In this document: piece by piece, positions 8,837 to 18,594 of the stretch | Layout: every line of letters begins with the position of its first letter | Position numbering within the stretch: position 1 is the stretch's first letter | NCBI RefSeq assembly: GCF_000018465.1 | Contig: NC_010085.1 | Span: 1,110,001-1,142,000, forward strand | DNA: 32,000 bases | Origin: Nitrosopumilus maritimus SCM1 | GTDB lineage: Archaea > Thermoproteota > Nitrososphaeria > Nitrososphaerales > Nitrosopumilaceae | Reading direction: 5' to 3' | Made by a program: the position numbers and the translations under genes | Notes under the pieces: model-generated | Seen by the model: only the letters and a program-made list of their open reading frames with translations | Databases searched by the model: none | Told to the model about the DNA's origin: nothing

Positions 8837-9916
8837 ATGATTTCTACAGATAATTTAATTTCTGAACTAAATATAGTAAAAAGATCTTCTAGAAAAACCT
8901 TGCTTCCAAAAGAAGAGGACATAGTTGAAGAGGCAATACTAAACACATTATCCAGAGAAGGCACATTATCATTAACAAAACTAGTGAAAACCATAGAAAA
9001 CTATGGAGACTGGGAGGCCAAACGAAATTCAATCAAAAGAAGAATTGACGGACAAGAAAAATATCTGAGCTTACTTGATTATGAATTCATAAAAGAGAGA
9101 AAACCTGAAAAAAGAAGACCAGGTAAATATGGCAAAGAGTATTGTCTAACAACAAAAGGATTTTTGGCATCACTTGCAACAAAACACATATCATTTGATA
9201 GAACATACCTGTTCAAAAAATACATTACATTTCTTGATAACTACTTGGATGATAAAATAAAAAATGTTGGAGAAGAAGCTGGTTTTGATTCTACATTAGA
9301 TATTGAGACAAAAAACATGTTACTTGATGTTATTACTAATTACATAAAGAGTCAGATAACAGTTTTCTTGATTTGGCATGAGGCAAATGAAACATCAATT
9401 AGAATGAGAAAAAGTATGAAAGAGTATATTGAAGATTTCATCTTAACACATAGTGAATACATTCATCAAGAATTTCCGATGATGCTTGATAAAAAACGAG
9501 AAGAAGAATATCGTCAGGCATTAAGGAAATACTTTGAATATTCCAAAATACTACACTCGTTAATGGAATCACCAGTAGAAGACATACATTCAAAAAAAAT
9601 CAACATTAAATTAAATATGATCAGTTCATTTGTATTCAAATGGCATTTGTATTTTGATGAATTACAAATGAAAAATCCTATTGGTAATGATTATGACATT
9701 TGGAATACACATGCAGGGGTTTTATCGCGTCCAGAATATGGAATTGACATAGAATACGAAGGAACATTTGGACATAAAAGAAAAATTCAGCCAGATCTTA
9801 AATCAGAAACAGAAAAGAAAATACAACAAATTCTAAAAAAGAAAATTCCAATTACGGATATTTGGAGAAAACGAATGAGGAGAGAAGAGATAGGTAATGA
9901 CTGGCTTTATGCATGA
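8837..9916 (+). CDS. Winged-helix-like hypothetical protein (359 aa)
   Basis: LSLTKLVKTIENYGDWEAKRNSIKRRIDGQEKYLSLLDYEFIKERKP...YCLTTKGFLASLA resembles a wHTH with wing. The rest is helical and unassigned. Confidence 0.65.
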   Translation: MISTDNLISELNIVKRSSRKTLLPKEEDIVEEAILNTLSREGTLSLTKLVKTIENYGDWEAKRNSIKRRIDGQEKYLSLLDYEFIKERKPEKRRPGKYGKEYCLTTKGFLASLATKHISFDRTYLFKKYITFLDNYLDDKIKNVGEEAGFDSTLDIETKNMLLDVITNYIKSQITVFLIWHEANETSIRMRKSMKEYIEDFILTHSEYIHQEFPMMLDKKREEEYRQALRKYFEYSKILHSLMESPVEDIHSKKINIKLNMISSFVFKWHLYFDELQMKNPIGNDYDIWNTHAGVLSRPEYGIDIEYEGTFGHKRKIQPDLKSETEKKIQQILKKKIPITDIWRKRMRREEIGNDWLYA

Positions 9917-10962
9917 TTTAGTTGCACATGCTCCATTCTGAGCTTGTCCTGCCACAACTCGTCTACCTTGGTTCTATAGTGCTCAAGTTCTGACTTTTCT
10001 CGCTCTAGTTGCTTGATTTTGAGCCTCTGGCGCTCTGAATCATCAATCATCAGTTCCACTATTGCCTTGCGAAACTCTGCAAAGCACTGTTCGCGCGTTG
10101 GCTTTAGGTACACGCCATCAAGTCCGTTCTTGTGTCCAAGTAGTTTTTCTGCAACATTAGAGTTTACGCTGTTTTTGAGTTTGAGTATGGTATTGAATCG
10201 CTTTCTAAAGCCATGATCCATCTGAGTATCAAAGTGATGATTTACTTTGGTTCGCTCCAATCCTGCGTTGTTAATCACCCTATACATGACAGAAATCACT
10301 CCGCTTCTCTGCATCGGAAGTACTTTTTTTCCGCGAGAATAGTCTCGTCGGAATACTGGAGAATTATCAGTGAGTTCCTCACCCTTTTGTCTTCGTTCCT
10401 CATGGTATTCATCTAGTGCCTGTGTTGCCTCTGGAGTCAGAAACGCCCAGTATTCCTCGTTGTCATTAGGATACAACAGTACGGCCTTGCATCCTTCTGG
10501 CATGTCATGAATGTACTTTAGAGTAAAGTTGCCATCAATTACTCCGATTCTTGCACCAGTTGATGCCAAGAAATGAATTATTGCACGATTCCTCTTTGAA
10601 GTAGTTGCTGCAAGCATCTTTTGGATTTTCTCTGTAGTCCAAGGCTTGAATCCGGCAGACTTTATCTTTGGAGGATACATCTTGCGGATAATATCCCAGT
10701 AGAGTGGAATCCTGTTCATTACAAAAAAGTGCCTTACACCAAGAAATAGAATTGGAATGGAATTTGGATGTCTGTTCTCTTTAAGATGGATTAGATAGTC
10801 TTCAACTAGTGTCTGGATTTCCTCAACTGGCTTTGCAATCAATCCATCAAAGGAATCAAACTCTGCAAAGTTTCTAAAGTTTTTTAGGTGGTCGCGGTAA
10901 TTGTTTAGCGTCTGACGAGATTTTATTCCCTGCTCAAATCGTAGAATTGACCTTTCTTTCAT
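9907..10962 (-). CDS. Tyrosine recombinase / phage-type integrase with C-terminal coiled-coil extension
   Basis: 351 aa: core-binding SRQTLNNYRDHLKNFRNF; catalytic STGARIG (R), MDHGFRKRF (HxxR), KLLGHKNGLDGVYLKP (H...Y). Confidence 0.85.
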   Translation of the reverse strand: MKERSILRFEQGIKSRQTLNNYRDHLKNFRNFAEFDSFDGLIAKPVEEIQTLVEDYLIHLKENRHPNSIPILFLGVRHFFVMNRIPLYWDIIRKMYPPKIKSAGFKPWTTEKIQKMLAATTSKRNRAIIHFLASTGARIGVIDGNFTLKYIHDMPEGCKAVLLYPNDNEEYWAFLTPEATQALDEYHEERRQKGEELTDNSPVFRRDYSRGKKVLPMQRSGVISVMYRVINNAGLERTKVNHHFDTQMDHGFRKRFNTILKLKNSVNSNVAEKLLGHKNGLDGVYLKPTREQCFAEFRKAIVELMIDDSERQRLKIKQLEREKSELEHYRTKVDELWQDKLRMEHVQLNHA

Positions 10963-11043
10963 GATTAGTATAGGAATGAATCAACTATATCCCCTTCGTG
11001 CACTAAATAATTGAATTAAATAATTGACAAAGAAACAAAAACT

Positions 11044-12180
11044 GTGTACTACGATGTAGTTGTTGCAGGGGGTAGTGTTGCAGGATTACTTTGTGCAAGA
11101 GAGATTGCTGCAGATGGTTTTTCAGTATTAGTTATAGAAGAAGATTATGAAATAGGCACACCAGAACATTGCGGTGGTTTAGTTAGTATTTCAGGACTAC
11201 AAGAGTTAGGAGTAATTCCATTTAGAAAGACATTTGATCATATGATAGAATCAGCTGAAATAACTGCTCCTAACGGAAAAAGTTTTTCGATAAACTCAAA
11301 AAATCAAAAGGTCATAGAAATTAGTAGAAGAGAACTGGACAAACAAATTGCTTTTCAAGCCCAAAAAAATGGAGCTACAATCAAAGTCAGAACTAGTTTT
11401 CAAGAGATGACCAATACGGGAGTTAGAACAAATGAAGAAAATATAGATTGTAAAATTTTTGTTGATGCAAGAGGAGTATCATCTTTAATTCATAAAGACA
11501 GAACAGGGATTTTATCATCTGCACAATACGAAATCTATGCAGACTGGATAAAAAAAGGAAAAGTAGAAGTGATCTTTGATCAAGACAAATATCCAGGTTT
11601 CTTTGCATGGATAATTCCATCAAATGAAGGGAAGGGAAAGATTGGTGTTGCAGGAAAAGGCATCAATGTTTCAGAAACAATGGACAAAATTCTTGCAGAG
11701 AAAGGCAAGCATTCTACAATAAGAAAGATTTTTGCGCCAATTTGGGTAAAAGGACCAATTGAAAAATTTGTAGAAGGAAATACCGTAATTGTAGGAGATG
11801 CTGCAGGACAAGCAAAACCAACTACTGCAGGAGGTATTTTTACTAGCGGTATGGGAGGAGTTTATGCAGGACAAGCAATATCAGAATTTCTAAAAACAGA
11901 TGAAAAATCAAAACTAGAAGTATATCAAACTAGATGGACAGATAGATTTGGGAAAGAGTTTGAAAAACAAATTTTTGCAAGAAAAATTTTAGAAAGACTA
12001 GACAATAACACAATCAACAAATTATTTGAATCAATAACACCTGAAATCCTAAAAGATATTTCAGAAAAAGATGATTTTGATTTTCATACAGGTTCAATTG
12101 TAAAACTATTAGGATTAAAGGGATCAATCAAAACAGCTCAAACACTAATCGGTGGAGAATTCAAAAAACTACTTCGATAA
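11044..12180 (+). CDS. Geranylgeranyl reductase family FAD-dependent oxidoreductase
   Basis: 378 aa: YYDVVVAGGSVAGLLCAREIAADGFSVLVIEEDYEIGTPEHCGG...VIVGDAAGQAKPTTAGGIFTSGMGG. Confidence 0.85.
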   Translation: MYYDVVVAGGSVAGLLCAREIAADGFSVLVIEEDYEIGTPEHCGGLVSISGLQELGVIPFRKTFDHMIESAEITAPNGKSFSINSKNQKVIEISRRELDKQIAFQAQKNGATIKVRTSFQEMTNTGVRTNEENIDCKIFVDARGVSSLIHKDRTGILSSAQYEIYADWIKKGKVEVIFDQDKYPGFFAWIIPSNEGKGKIGVAGKGINVSETMDKILAEKGKHSTIRKIFAPIWVKGPIEKFVEGNTVIVGDAAGQAKPTTAGGIFTSGMGGVYAGQAISEFLKTDEKSKLEVYQTRWTDRFGKEFEKQIFARKILERLDNNTINKLFESITPEILKDISEKDDFDFHTGSIVKLLGLKGSIKTAQTLIGGEFKKLLR

Positions 12181-12210
12181 AAACACGCCTAAATTTCAAG
12201 GAAGGTATAA

Positions 12211-12703
<493 letters not shown>

Positions 12704-12711
12704 GTGATTTT

Positions 12712-14880
12712 TTGGTGCGCAAAGAAGAACCTTTGCAGATGCGAATTGGAGAAGCAAAACAACGAGACGTAGGTAAAAAACGAGCTCGAATTGGTCCTGA
12801 AGCAATGGACTTTCTAAAAGTGACTCCAGGAGACATAGTTGAAGTTATGGGCTCAAGAACTAGTTGTGCAGTAATTTGGCCAGTAGACGAAGACGAAAAG
12901 TTCCCAGACATCATAAGAGTTGACGGTCAAACAAGAAAAAACGTTGGTGCGTCACTAAATGACATTGTGAAGATTAGAAAAGTAACATCAAAGATTGCAA
13001 AATCTGTTTCTTTAACTCCAGTTAATGATTCAGTCACAGTTGATAAAGAATTCACAGATTTTGTAAAAAATAGACTAAAAGGATTGCCAATTACACATGG
13101 TGATGAAATTTCAGTAATGATTCTAGGAAATTCAATGGACTTTAAAATTACAAAGACAACACCAAAAGGAGTAGTAAAGATTGACCGTTCCACTACACTT
13201 AACATTTCAACTGAAACTGCAGTAGATAGAAAAGTCAGAGTGACATATGAAGAAGTTGGAGGTTTAGGAGAAAAAGTCAAAGCAATGAGAGAGATTGTAG
13301 AACTTCCACTAAGACATCCAGAGTTATTCTCCAGATTAGGAATTGAACCACATAGTGGAATTTTACTTTATGGACCACCAGGATGTGGAAAGACTTTGCT
13401 TGCAAAAGTTATGGCAAGTGAATCAGAAGCTAACATGTTCCCAATTAATGGTCCAGAAATAATGAACAAGTATTATGGTGAAACAGAAGCAAAGTTAAGA
13501 GACATTTTCAAAGAAGCAAAAGACAATTCTCCAAGTATAATCTTTATTGACGAAATAGATGCTATCGCACCAAAAAGAGAAGAGGCTTACGGAGATGTTG
13601 AGAAAAGAGTTGTTGCACAACTTTTGGCTTTAATGGATGGTCTTAATGATAGAGGAAATGTAATTGTTCTTGGAGCTACAAATAGACCAGATAGTGTTGA
13701 TCCTGCACTTAGAAGACCAGGTAGATTCGACAGAGAGTTTGAGATTTCAGTTCCAAATGAGGATGGAAGAATAGAGATTCTTCAAATTCATACAAGAGGC
13801 ATGCCAATTGATGAGGATATTGATCTAAAAGACTTAGCATCAGAATTACACGGATACACTGGTGCAGATATCAAATCATTATGTAGAGAAGCTGCAATGA
13901 AATCAATTAGAAGATATCTACCAGAAATAGATCTTGAAACAGAAAAAATTCCTTCTGAAGTACTACAATCAATGAAGATCAAACTAATCGACTTTTACGA
14001 TGCAATGCACGAGGTTGTACCTACTGCAATGAGAGAGGTCTATGTAGAACGACCCAAAGTTTGGTGGCAAGATGTAGGAGGATTAGATGAAATTAAAAAA
14101 TCATTGACAGACAATCTGATTTTAGCAATGAATGAACCAGGTAAATTTACCAAAATGGGAATTAAACCTCCAAAGGGCGCATTAATTTATGGACCTCCAG
14201 GGTGTGGAAAAACTTTGCTTGGAAGAGCACTAGCAACAGAAACAGGTGCAAATATGATTTTAGTCAGAGGGCCCGAAATTCTCTCAAAATGGGTAGGAGA
14301 GTCTGAAAAAGCTGTTAGAGAAATTTTCAGAAAAGCAAAAGCATCATCTCCATGCGTAGTTATTTTTGATGAATTGGATTCACTAGCACGTAGTAAATCA
14401 GGTGAAGGAGGAGTTGGTGAAAACATTCTCAGTCAATTATTAACAGAGATTGAAGATGGAGTTTCTTCACGAGTGGTAGTAATAGGAATTACAAACAGAC
14501 CAGATGTTGTAGACAATTCATTGCTTAGAACAGGAAGATTAGATTTAGTCTTGTATGTTGAACCTCCAGATGAAAAAGGACGATTAGAAATTATCAAAAT
14601 TTTGACTAAGAAAATGCCATTAACCAGTGATGTGAAATTGCAAGAAATTGCCGTAGCAACTCAAAACTATACAGGGGCAGATTTAGCTGCATTATGTAGA
14701 GAAGCAGCAGTACAAGCTATGCAAAATAATGCCACAAAGATATCCAGTCAAGACTTTGCAAACAGTTTGAAACATGTTAGACCTTCAATTACAAAAGAAG
14801 TGGATCAATGGTACAAATCAGTTAAGGAAAGTATATCTAACGTGGTACCAAAAACAGGAGATAAAACATTCTACGGATAA
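12712..14880 (+). CDS. cdc48: Cdc48/VCP-like double AAA+ ATPase (GTG start)
   Basis: 722 aa, two AAA modules [18 protein letters not shown] and [18 protein letters not shown] with FIDEIDAI / IFDELDSL Walker B and an N-domain. Confidence 0.95.
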   Translation: MVRKEEPLQMRIGEAKQRDVGKKRARIGPEAMDFLKVTPGDIVEVMGSRTSCAVIWPVDEDEKFPDIIRVDGQTRKNVGASLNDIVKIRKVTSKIAKSVSLTPVNDSVTVDKEFTDFVKNRLKGLPITHGDEISVMILGNSMDFKITKTTPKGVVKIDRSTTLNISTETAVDRKVRVTYEEVGGLGEKVKAMREIVELPLRHPELFSRLGIEPHSGILLYGPPGCGKTLLAKVMASESEANMFPINGPEIMNKYYGETEAKLRDIFKEAKDNSPSIIFIDEIDAIAPKREEAYGDVEKRVVAQLLALMDGLNDRGNVIVLGATNRPDSVDPALRRPGRFDREFEISVPNEDGRIEILQIHTRGMPIDEDIDLKDLASELHGYTGADIKSLCREAAMKSIRRYLPEIDLETEKIPSEVLQSMKIKLIDFYDAMHEVVPTAMREVYVERPKVWWQDVGGLDEIKKSLTDNLILAMNEPGKFTKMGIKPPKGALIYGPPGCGKTLLGRALATETGANMILVRGPEILSKWVGESEKAVREIFRKAKASSPCVVIFDELDSLARSKSGEGGVGENILSQLLTEIEDGVSSRVVVIGITNRPDVVDNSLLRTGRLDLVLYVEPPDEKGRLEIIKILTKKMPLTSDVKLQEIAVATQNYTGADLAALCREAAVQAMQNNATKISSQDFANSLKHVRPSITKEVDQWYKSVKESISNVVPKTGDKTFYG

Positions 14881-14882
14881 AA

Positions 14883-15179
14883 ATGGCAGTTCCAATAAGA
14901 AATACAGTATTTGACAAAATTAGAGATGCAGGTTCATTAACGGATGTTGATCTTTACAAAATTTTGACAAAAGAAGGATTTACCATGGCAGAAGCCAAAT
15001 TCAACAAAATACTTTTGGATTTAGAGATTCTTGGACTCATCAAAGTGTCTTGGATTACAAAAGATGAGAGAAGAATAGAGGTTTTCGTAGAAAAAGAAGA
15101 AGTGGACGAAGTAGATGAACAAAACAAGGAAATGATGGAAAAAGACTACGAAGCAAGTTTCCCAGGTTTTGAAAAATAA
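14883..15179 (+). CDS. Small winged-helix-like protein (98 aa)
   Basis: NTVFDKIRDAGSLTDVDLYKILTKEGFTMAEAKFNKILLDLEILGLIKVSWI; 2-nt gap after cdc48 suggests an operon. Confidence 0.65.
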   Translation: MAVPIRNTVFDKIRDAGSLTDVDLYKILTKEGFTMAEAKFNKILLDLEILGLIKVSWITKDERRIEVFVEKEEVDEVDEQNKEMMEKDYEASFPGFEK

Positions 15180-15182
15180 TTC

Positions 15183-16076
15183 CTAGAACAACGGAATATG
15201 AAATGCTGCATCTAATGCTACTGCAACAAAAATTATTGTAAGATAAGGCGCAGTAACTTTGTATGCCTTCCAAGCAAATTCAGATGTAGGAGTCTTTGTT
15301 AGTTTGTAATGATATGCCAACATTAATCCACCTGACACTGCTGCAATTATGGTATACACAACTCCCATTCCGTCAGGGATGAAAGACAGTATCAAAGAAT
15401 AAGGAAGAAGAATTATTGTATTTCCTAAAATATACTTTGAAGTTTTTTGCATTCCAATTACAACAGGCAACATTGGAACTTCAGCTTGTGCATATTCATC
15501 TTTGATTTTCATTGCAAGACACCAAAAGTGTGATGGAGTCCAAACAAAAACTAAGAATCCAACTAAGAATCCTAAAAGATCCATGCTTCCAGTAGCTGCG
15601 GACCAACCAGCCCATGCAGCTGCACTACCTGCAATACCACCAATCACAATGTTTGAGGTGTTTAGTCGTTTAAGCCAAGCAGTATAGATTATGACATAAG
15701 AGAATATTCCAACTGCAATAAAGAATGCAGAAACTGGATTTAATGCAAAGTATCCGTAAATAACAGAAATACAACTAACTGCTAAACCATAAATCAAAAC
15801 ATGAGATGCAGCCATTCTTCCAGAAGGAATAGGTCTTTTGCTTGTTCTCTCCATTTTTGGATCAATATCTTTGTCATAATAGTGATTCAAAGCACTAGAA
15901 CCAGCTGATGCCAATGCTCCGGCTATAATGATGTGCAAATAAGCCCAATAATCAAGCTCAGGAGTACCTGGAACAAGCTTGCTTGCAGCATACATTGATG
16001 TAACTGCAGTTATCACTAGAAGAACGACTATCCTTGGTTTGGATATCTCCATTATTTCATTAAATCCCAATCTCAC
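15183..16076 (-). CDS. ctaB: Protoheme IX farnesyltransferase (heme O synthase)
   Basis: 297 aa, SSALNHYYDKDIDPKMERTSKRPIPSGR, WTPSHFWCLAMKIKDEYAQAEVPMLPVV. Confidence 0.93.
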   Translation of the reverse strand: MRLGFNEIMEISKPRIVVLLVITAVTSMYAASKLVPGTPELDYWAYLHIIIAGALASAGSSALNHYYDKDIDPKMERTSKRPIPSGRMAASHVLIYGLAVSCISVIYGYFALNPVSAFFIAVGIFSYVIIYTAWLKRLNTSNIVIGGIAGSAAAWAGWSAATGSMDLLGFLVGFLVFVWTPSHFWCLAMKIKDEYAQAEVPMLPVVIGMQKTSKYILGNTIILLPYSLILSFIPDGMGVVYTIIAAVSGGLMLAYHYKLTKTPTSEFAWKAYKVTAPYLTIIFVAVALDAAFHIPLF

Positions 16077-16166
16077 TCTATCCTAGTCCAAAGCCATTTA
16101 ATTTCTTCGTCTAGATCTGTGCCATTTCAAAAGGAATAAGTATCTCAGTCCTACCAGCTACGTTAA

Positions 16167-17261
16167 ATGAGTAATTGGGACCTCATGATGCCGGGAATGG
16201 GACTCACATCCATAGGATTGGCAGGAGTCGTCATATCATATTCCAACATAGCACATACATTCATCGACGGAATGCATGCCTTGACTGGCCTTACCATGTT
16301 CGTAGGACTGATCTTCTTGGCAGCAGGTATCTTAGATGGAGGAGTCTCAACCAGTAATAGAGCAAAAGCCACAGTTTTGGTAATTGCTTCAATATCACTA
16401 GGATTTGGAATGTTTGCATTCACAATGAATACTTCAGCTTATACTGTTACAATAGCTGGAATTTTGATGGCAGTAGCATTCCCAGCAATCATCATAGCAT
16501 ATCTTGCAATGAAGCATCCACAATACTTGAAACCAGTAGGTTCCATAGTAGGAATGGCATCAGCTGCAGGAATTATTGCATGGATTGCGTTTGGATTTGT
16601 TAGTCCAGATCAATACATGATTCCACAAGAAGTGGAAGTAGAAGAACCAAGTGCAGAAGAAGTTGCACCAACAGGTCCAGTCACTACAATTGAAATGCTA
16701 GAAGGTTCAGCTGAAGAAGGAAATCCAGATTATGCACCAGATGCAGCAGTTGTTCAACAAGGGCATGTTGTAGAATGGGTTAATGTAGATTCAGCAGCAC
16801 ATACTGCAACTAGTTCTGCAGACTTTGGAGAAACATTTGATACAGGATTATTAGGTCCAGGAGAATCATTTACACTTGATACAACTAATTTAGAAATTGG
16901 TGAATACGAATACTTTTGTATTGTACATCCTTGGATGGTTGCAACATTAACTATTGAAGGTGCAAAAGAACCAATCAAAGTAGTAATGCCAGAAGGTGCA
17001 GCACTTCCAGAAGAAGGTCAAATCTATTACGATCCTGAAGTAATCACAGTATCTGTTGGCGACACTGTTCTATGGGACAATGCAGATACTACAGTACACA
17101 CAGTAACATCAGGTGTGCCACCTACAGATACAACAGGAGTATTTGATTCTGAAATGATGATGGCAGGAGATAGTTTTGAATTTACATTTACAGAAGCAGG
17201 AACTTATGATTATTACTGTACATTCCATCCATGGATGGTAGGAACTGTTAACGTAGAATAG
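16167..17261 (+). CDS. Membrane protein with N-terminal TM helices and two C-terminal type-1 copper (cupredoxin) domains
   Basis: 364 aa. Two repeats with His...Cys-x3-His-x2-Met ligands: VDSAAHTATSS...YEYFCIVHPWMVATL and ADTTVHTVTSG...YDYYCTFHPWMVGTV. Confidence 0.9.
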   Translation: MSNWDLMMPGMGLTSIGLAGVVISYSNIAHTFIDGMHALTGLTMFVGLIFLAAGILDGGVSTSNRAKATVLVIASISLGFGMFAFTMNTSAYTVTIAGILMAVAFPAIIIAYLAMKHPQYLKPVGSIVGMASAAGIIAWIAFGFVSPDQYMIPQEVEVEEPSAEEVAPTGPVTTIEMLEGSAEEGNPDYAPDAAVVQQGHVVEWVNVDSAAHTATSSADFGETFDTGLLGPGESFTLDTTNLEIGEYEYFCIVHPWMVATLTIEGAKEPIKVVMPEGAALPEEGQIYYDPEVITVSVGDTVLWDNADTTVHTVTSGVPPTDTTGVFDSEMMMAGDSFEFTFTEAGTYDYYCTFHPWMVGTVNVE

Positions 17262-17263
17262 AT

Positions 17264-17656
17264 TTGCAGAAAATTATCTTATCAAATTCAGATAAAAAAA
17301 TTCTAACACAACATGCTGAAAATGAAAAACCAAATGAATCATGTGCAATACTGTTTGGGAAGGATAATACAGTGTCAGAGGTATTTTTAACAAAAAATAT
17401 CGAAGAATCACCAGTAAATTTTACCATTTCAAATGAGCAGTTAATTGAAGGATACAAGATTGCCGAAGAAAAAAAGATAGACGTGATAGGGATTTTTCAT
17501 TCACATCCAAATTCTGAGGCATATCCATCAAATACAGATAAAAAATTCATGAAGAGCAACCCTGTTGCATGGGTAATCTATTCTGGAGTAAACAAAGATT
17601 TTAGAGCATATTTCTTAGAATCCGAAATCAAAGAAATCCCAATTGAAGAAAGATAA
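17264..17656 (+). CDS. JAMM/MPN+ metalloprotease
   Basis: 130 aa with NESCAILFG and HSHPNSEAYPSNTD, an exact HxHx7SxxD match. Confidence 0.87.
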   Translation: MQKIILSNSDKKILTQHAENEKPNESCAILFGKDNTVSEVFLTKNIEESPVNFTISNEQLIEGYKIAEEKKIDVIGIFHSHPNSEAYPSNTDKKFMKSNPVAWVIYSGVNKDFRAYFLESEIKEIPIEER

Positions 17657-18040
17657 TCATGCCTTCCTAAAGGTAGCCTTTGTTCCATCAACCATACTAA
17701 GAATTGATTTGTCAGGAGACACTACTTTGCCAATTACATTCACAGGTGATGCAGGAGTTATCTCTCCAGGATTTCCAATTGGAGTGGGACCATAAAATAA
17801 GCAAATAGCTTTTCCTGTTGGCCAATAGGCAACATCATTTAGTTCTACAGGAGACTTTGCATTTTCTTCAGGCTGAGTAATGGGAGATTTTGAGGAATAG
17901 ATTTCATCACCCCAAACATTAAGATCTACTGTAAAGGGTAATTTTTCAACAAATTCATTTACAGTTTTTGGAGAATAAGTGTCATCTAACTTTAAGATTA
18001 TTTTTGAAGATTCGACATCAATGTGAATTTTATGTTTCAT
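17657..18040 (-). CDS. Cyclophilin-like fold protein (PF04126/TM1367-like)
   Basis: 127 aa, TVNEFVEKLPFTVDLNVWGDEIYSS...VELNDVAYWPTGKAICLFYGPTP....PASPVNVIGKV. Confidence 0.75.
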   Translation of the reverse strand: MKHKIHIDVESSKIILKLDDTYSPKTVNEFVEKLPFTVDLNVWGDEIYSSKSPITQPEENAKSPVELNDVAYWPTGKAICLFYGPTPIGNPGEITPASPVNVIGKVVSPDKSILSMVDGTKATFRKA

Positions 18041-18089
18041 GCTTTAGAACATCATTTTGAATTAAATATGCCTTTTTTTGATTAAATTC

Positions 18090-18347
18090 ATGGAAATTCA
18101 CGTATACGACACTTATGTCAAAGCAGCAGACGGTCACACTATGCACTTTGATGTAATTACTGGTGAAAAAGACCACGACAAAGCCATCTCATATGGTAAA
18201 GAGTGGTTGAAATCCATTGGAGAAGAAAATGCAACAATGACACAAAACGAATGTCAATTTTGTCACTCCCAAGGTGCACCAGAGCCTGTTGAACAGGCAA
18301 TTAAGGAAAACGGCTACTTTATCCAAAAAATGGAAGGCTGTCCTTAA
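18090..18347 (+). CDS. DUF2024 family protein
   Basis: MEIHVYDTYVKAADGHTMHFDVITGEKDHDKAISYGKEWL...CQFCHSQG. Start chosen at the second Met of the 18078 ORF. Confidence 0.75.
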   Translation: MEIHVYDTYVKAADGHTMHFDVITGEKDHDKAISYGKEWLKSIGEENATMTQNECQFCHSQGAPEPVEQAIKENGYFIQKMEGCP

Positions 18348-18405
18348 ACATTTTTTCCTTTTTCTACAAGACACATTTTTTAGATTAACAACATTACATG
18401 CTTGT

Positions 18406-18594
18406 ATGGTCGAACACAAATATTCAAAATGGACAGTAGAAGGAGATAAAAAAACTGAATGGATATGTGGATGTTTTCAAACTGCAGATAATTTTTTCAA
18501 GTTTTGCGAGATGCATGAAGATACTTTGAAAAAAGCTATTCAAGCACAAGTCGACGAATTAGATATGACACAAGTAGTTGAGGAAAAAGCTTAG
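18406..18594 (+). CDS. Small conserved-looking hypothetical protein (62 aa)
   Basis: MVEHKYSKWTVEGDKKTEWICGCFQTADNFFKFCEMHEDTLKKAIQAQVDELDMTQVVEEKA. Likely internal start of the track ORF 18274..18594. Confidence 0.5.
   Translation: MVEHKYSKWTVEGDKKTEWICGCFQTADNFFKFCEMHEDTLKKAIQAQVDELDMTQVVEEKA

Noticed and set aside
10963-11043. Possible tRNA/att site next to the integrase
   Set aside because: No cloverleaf-compatible sequence or duplicated core was found by eye in the gap. Needs tRNAscan-SE and comparative mapping.
18189-18419. 76-aa minus-strand ORF opposite the DUF2024 and 62-aa genes
   Set aside because: The plus-strand DUF2024 frame is supported by motif, and this product has no recognisable features.
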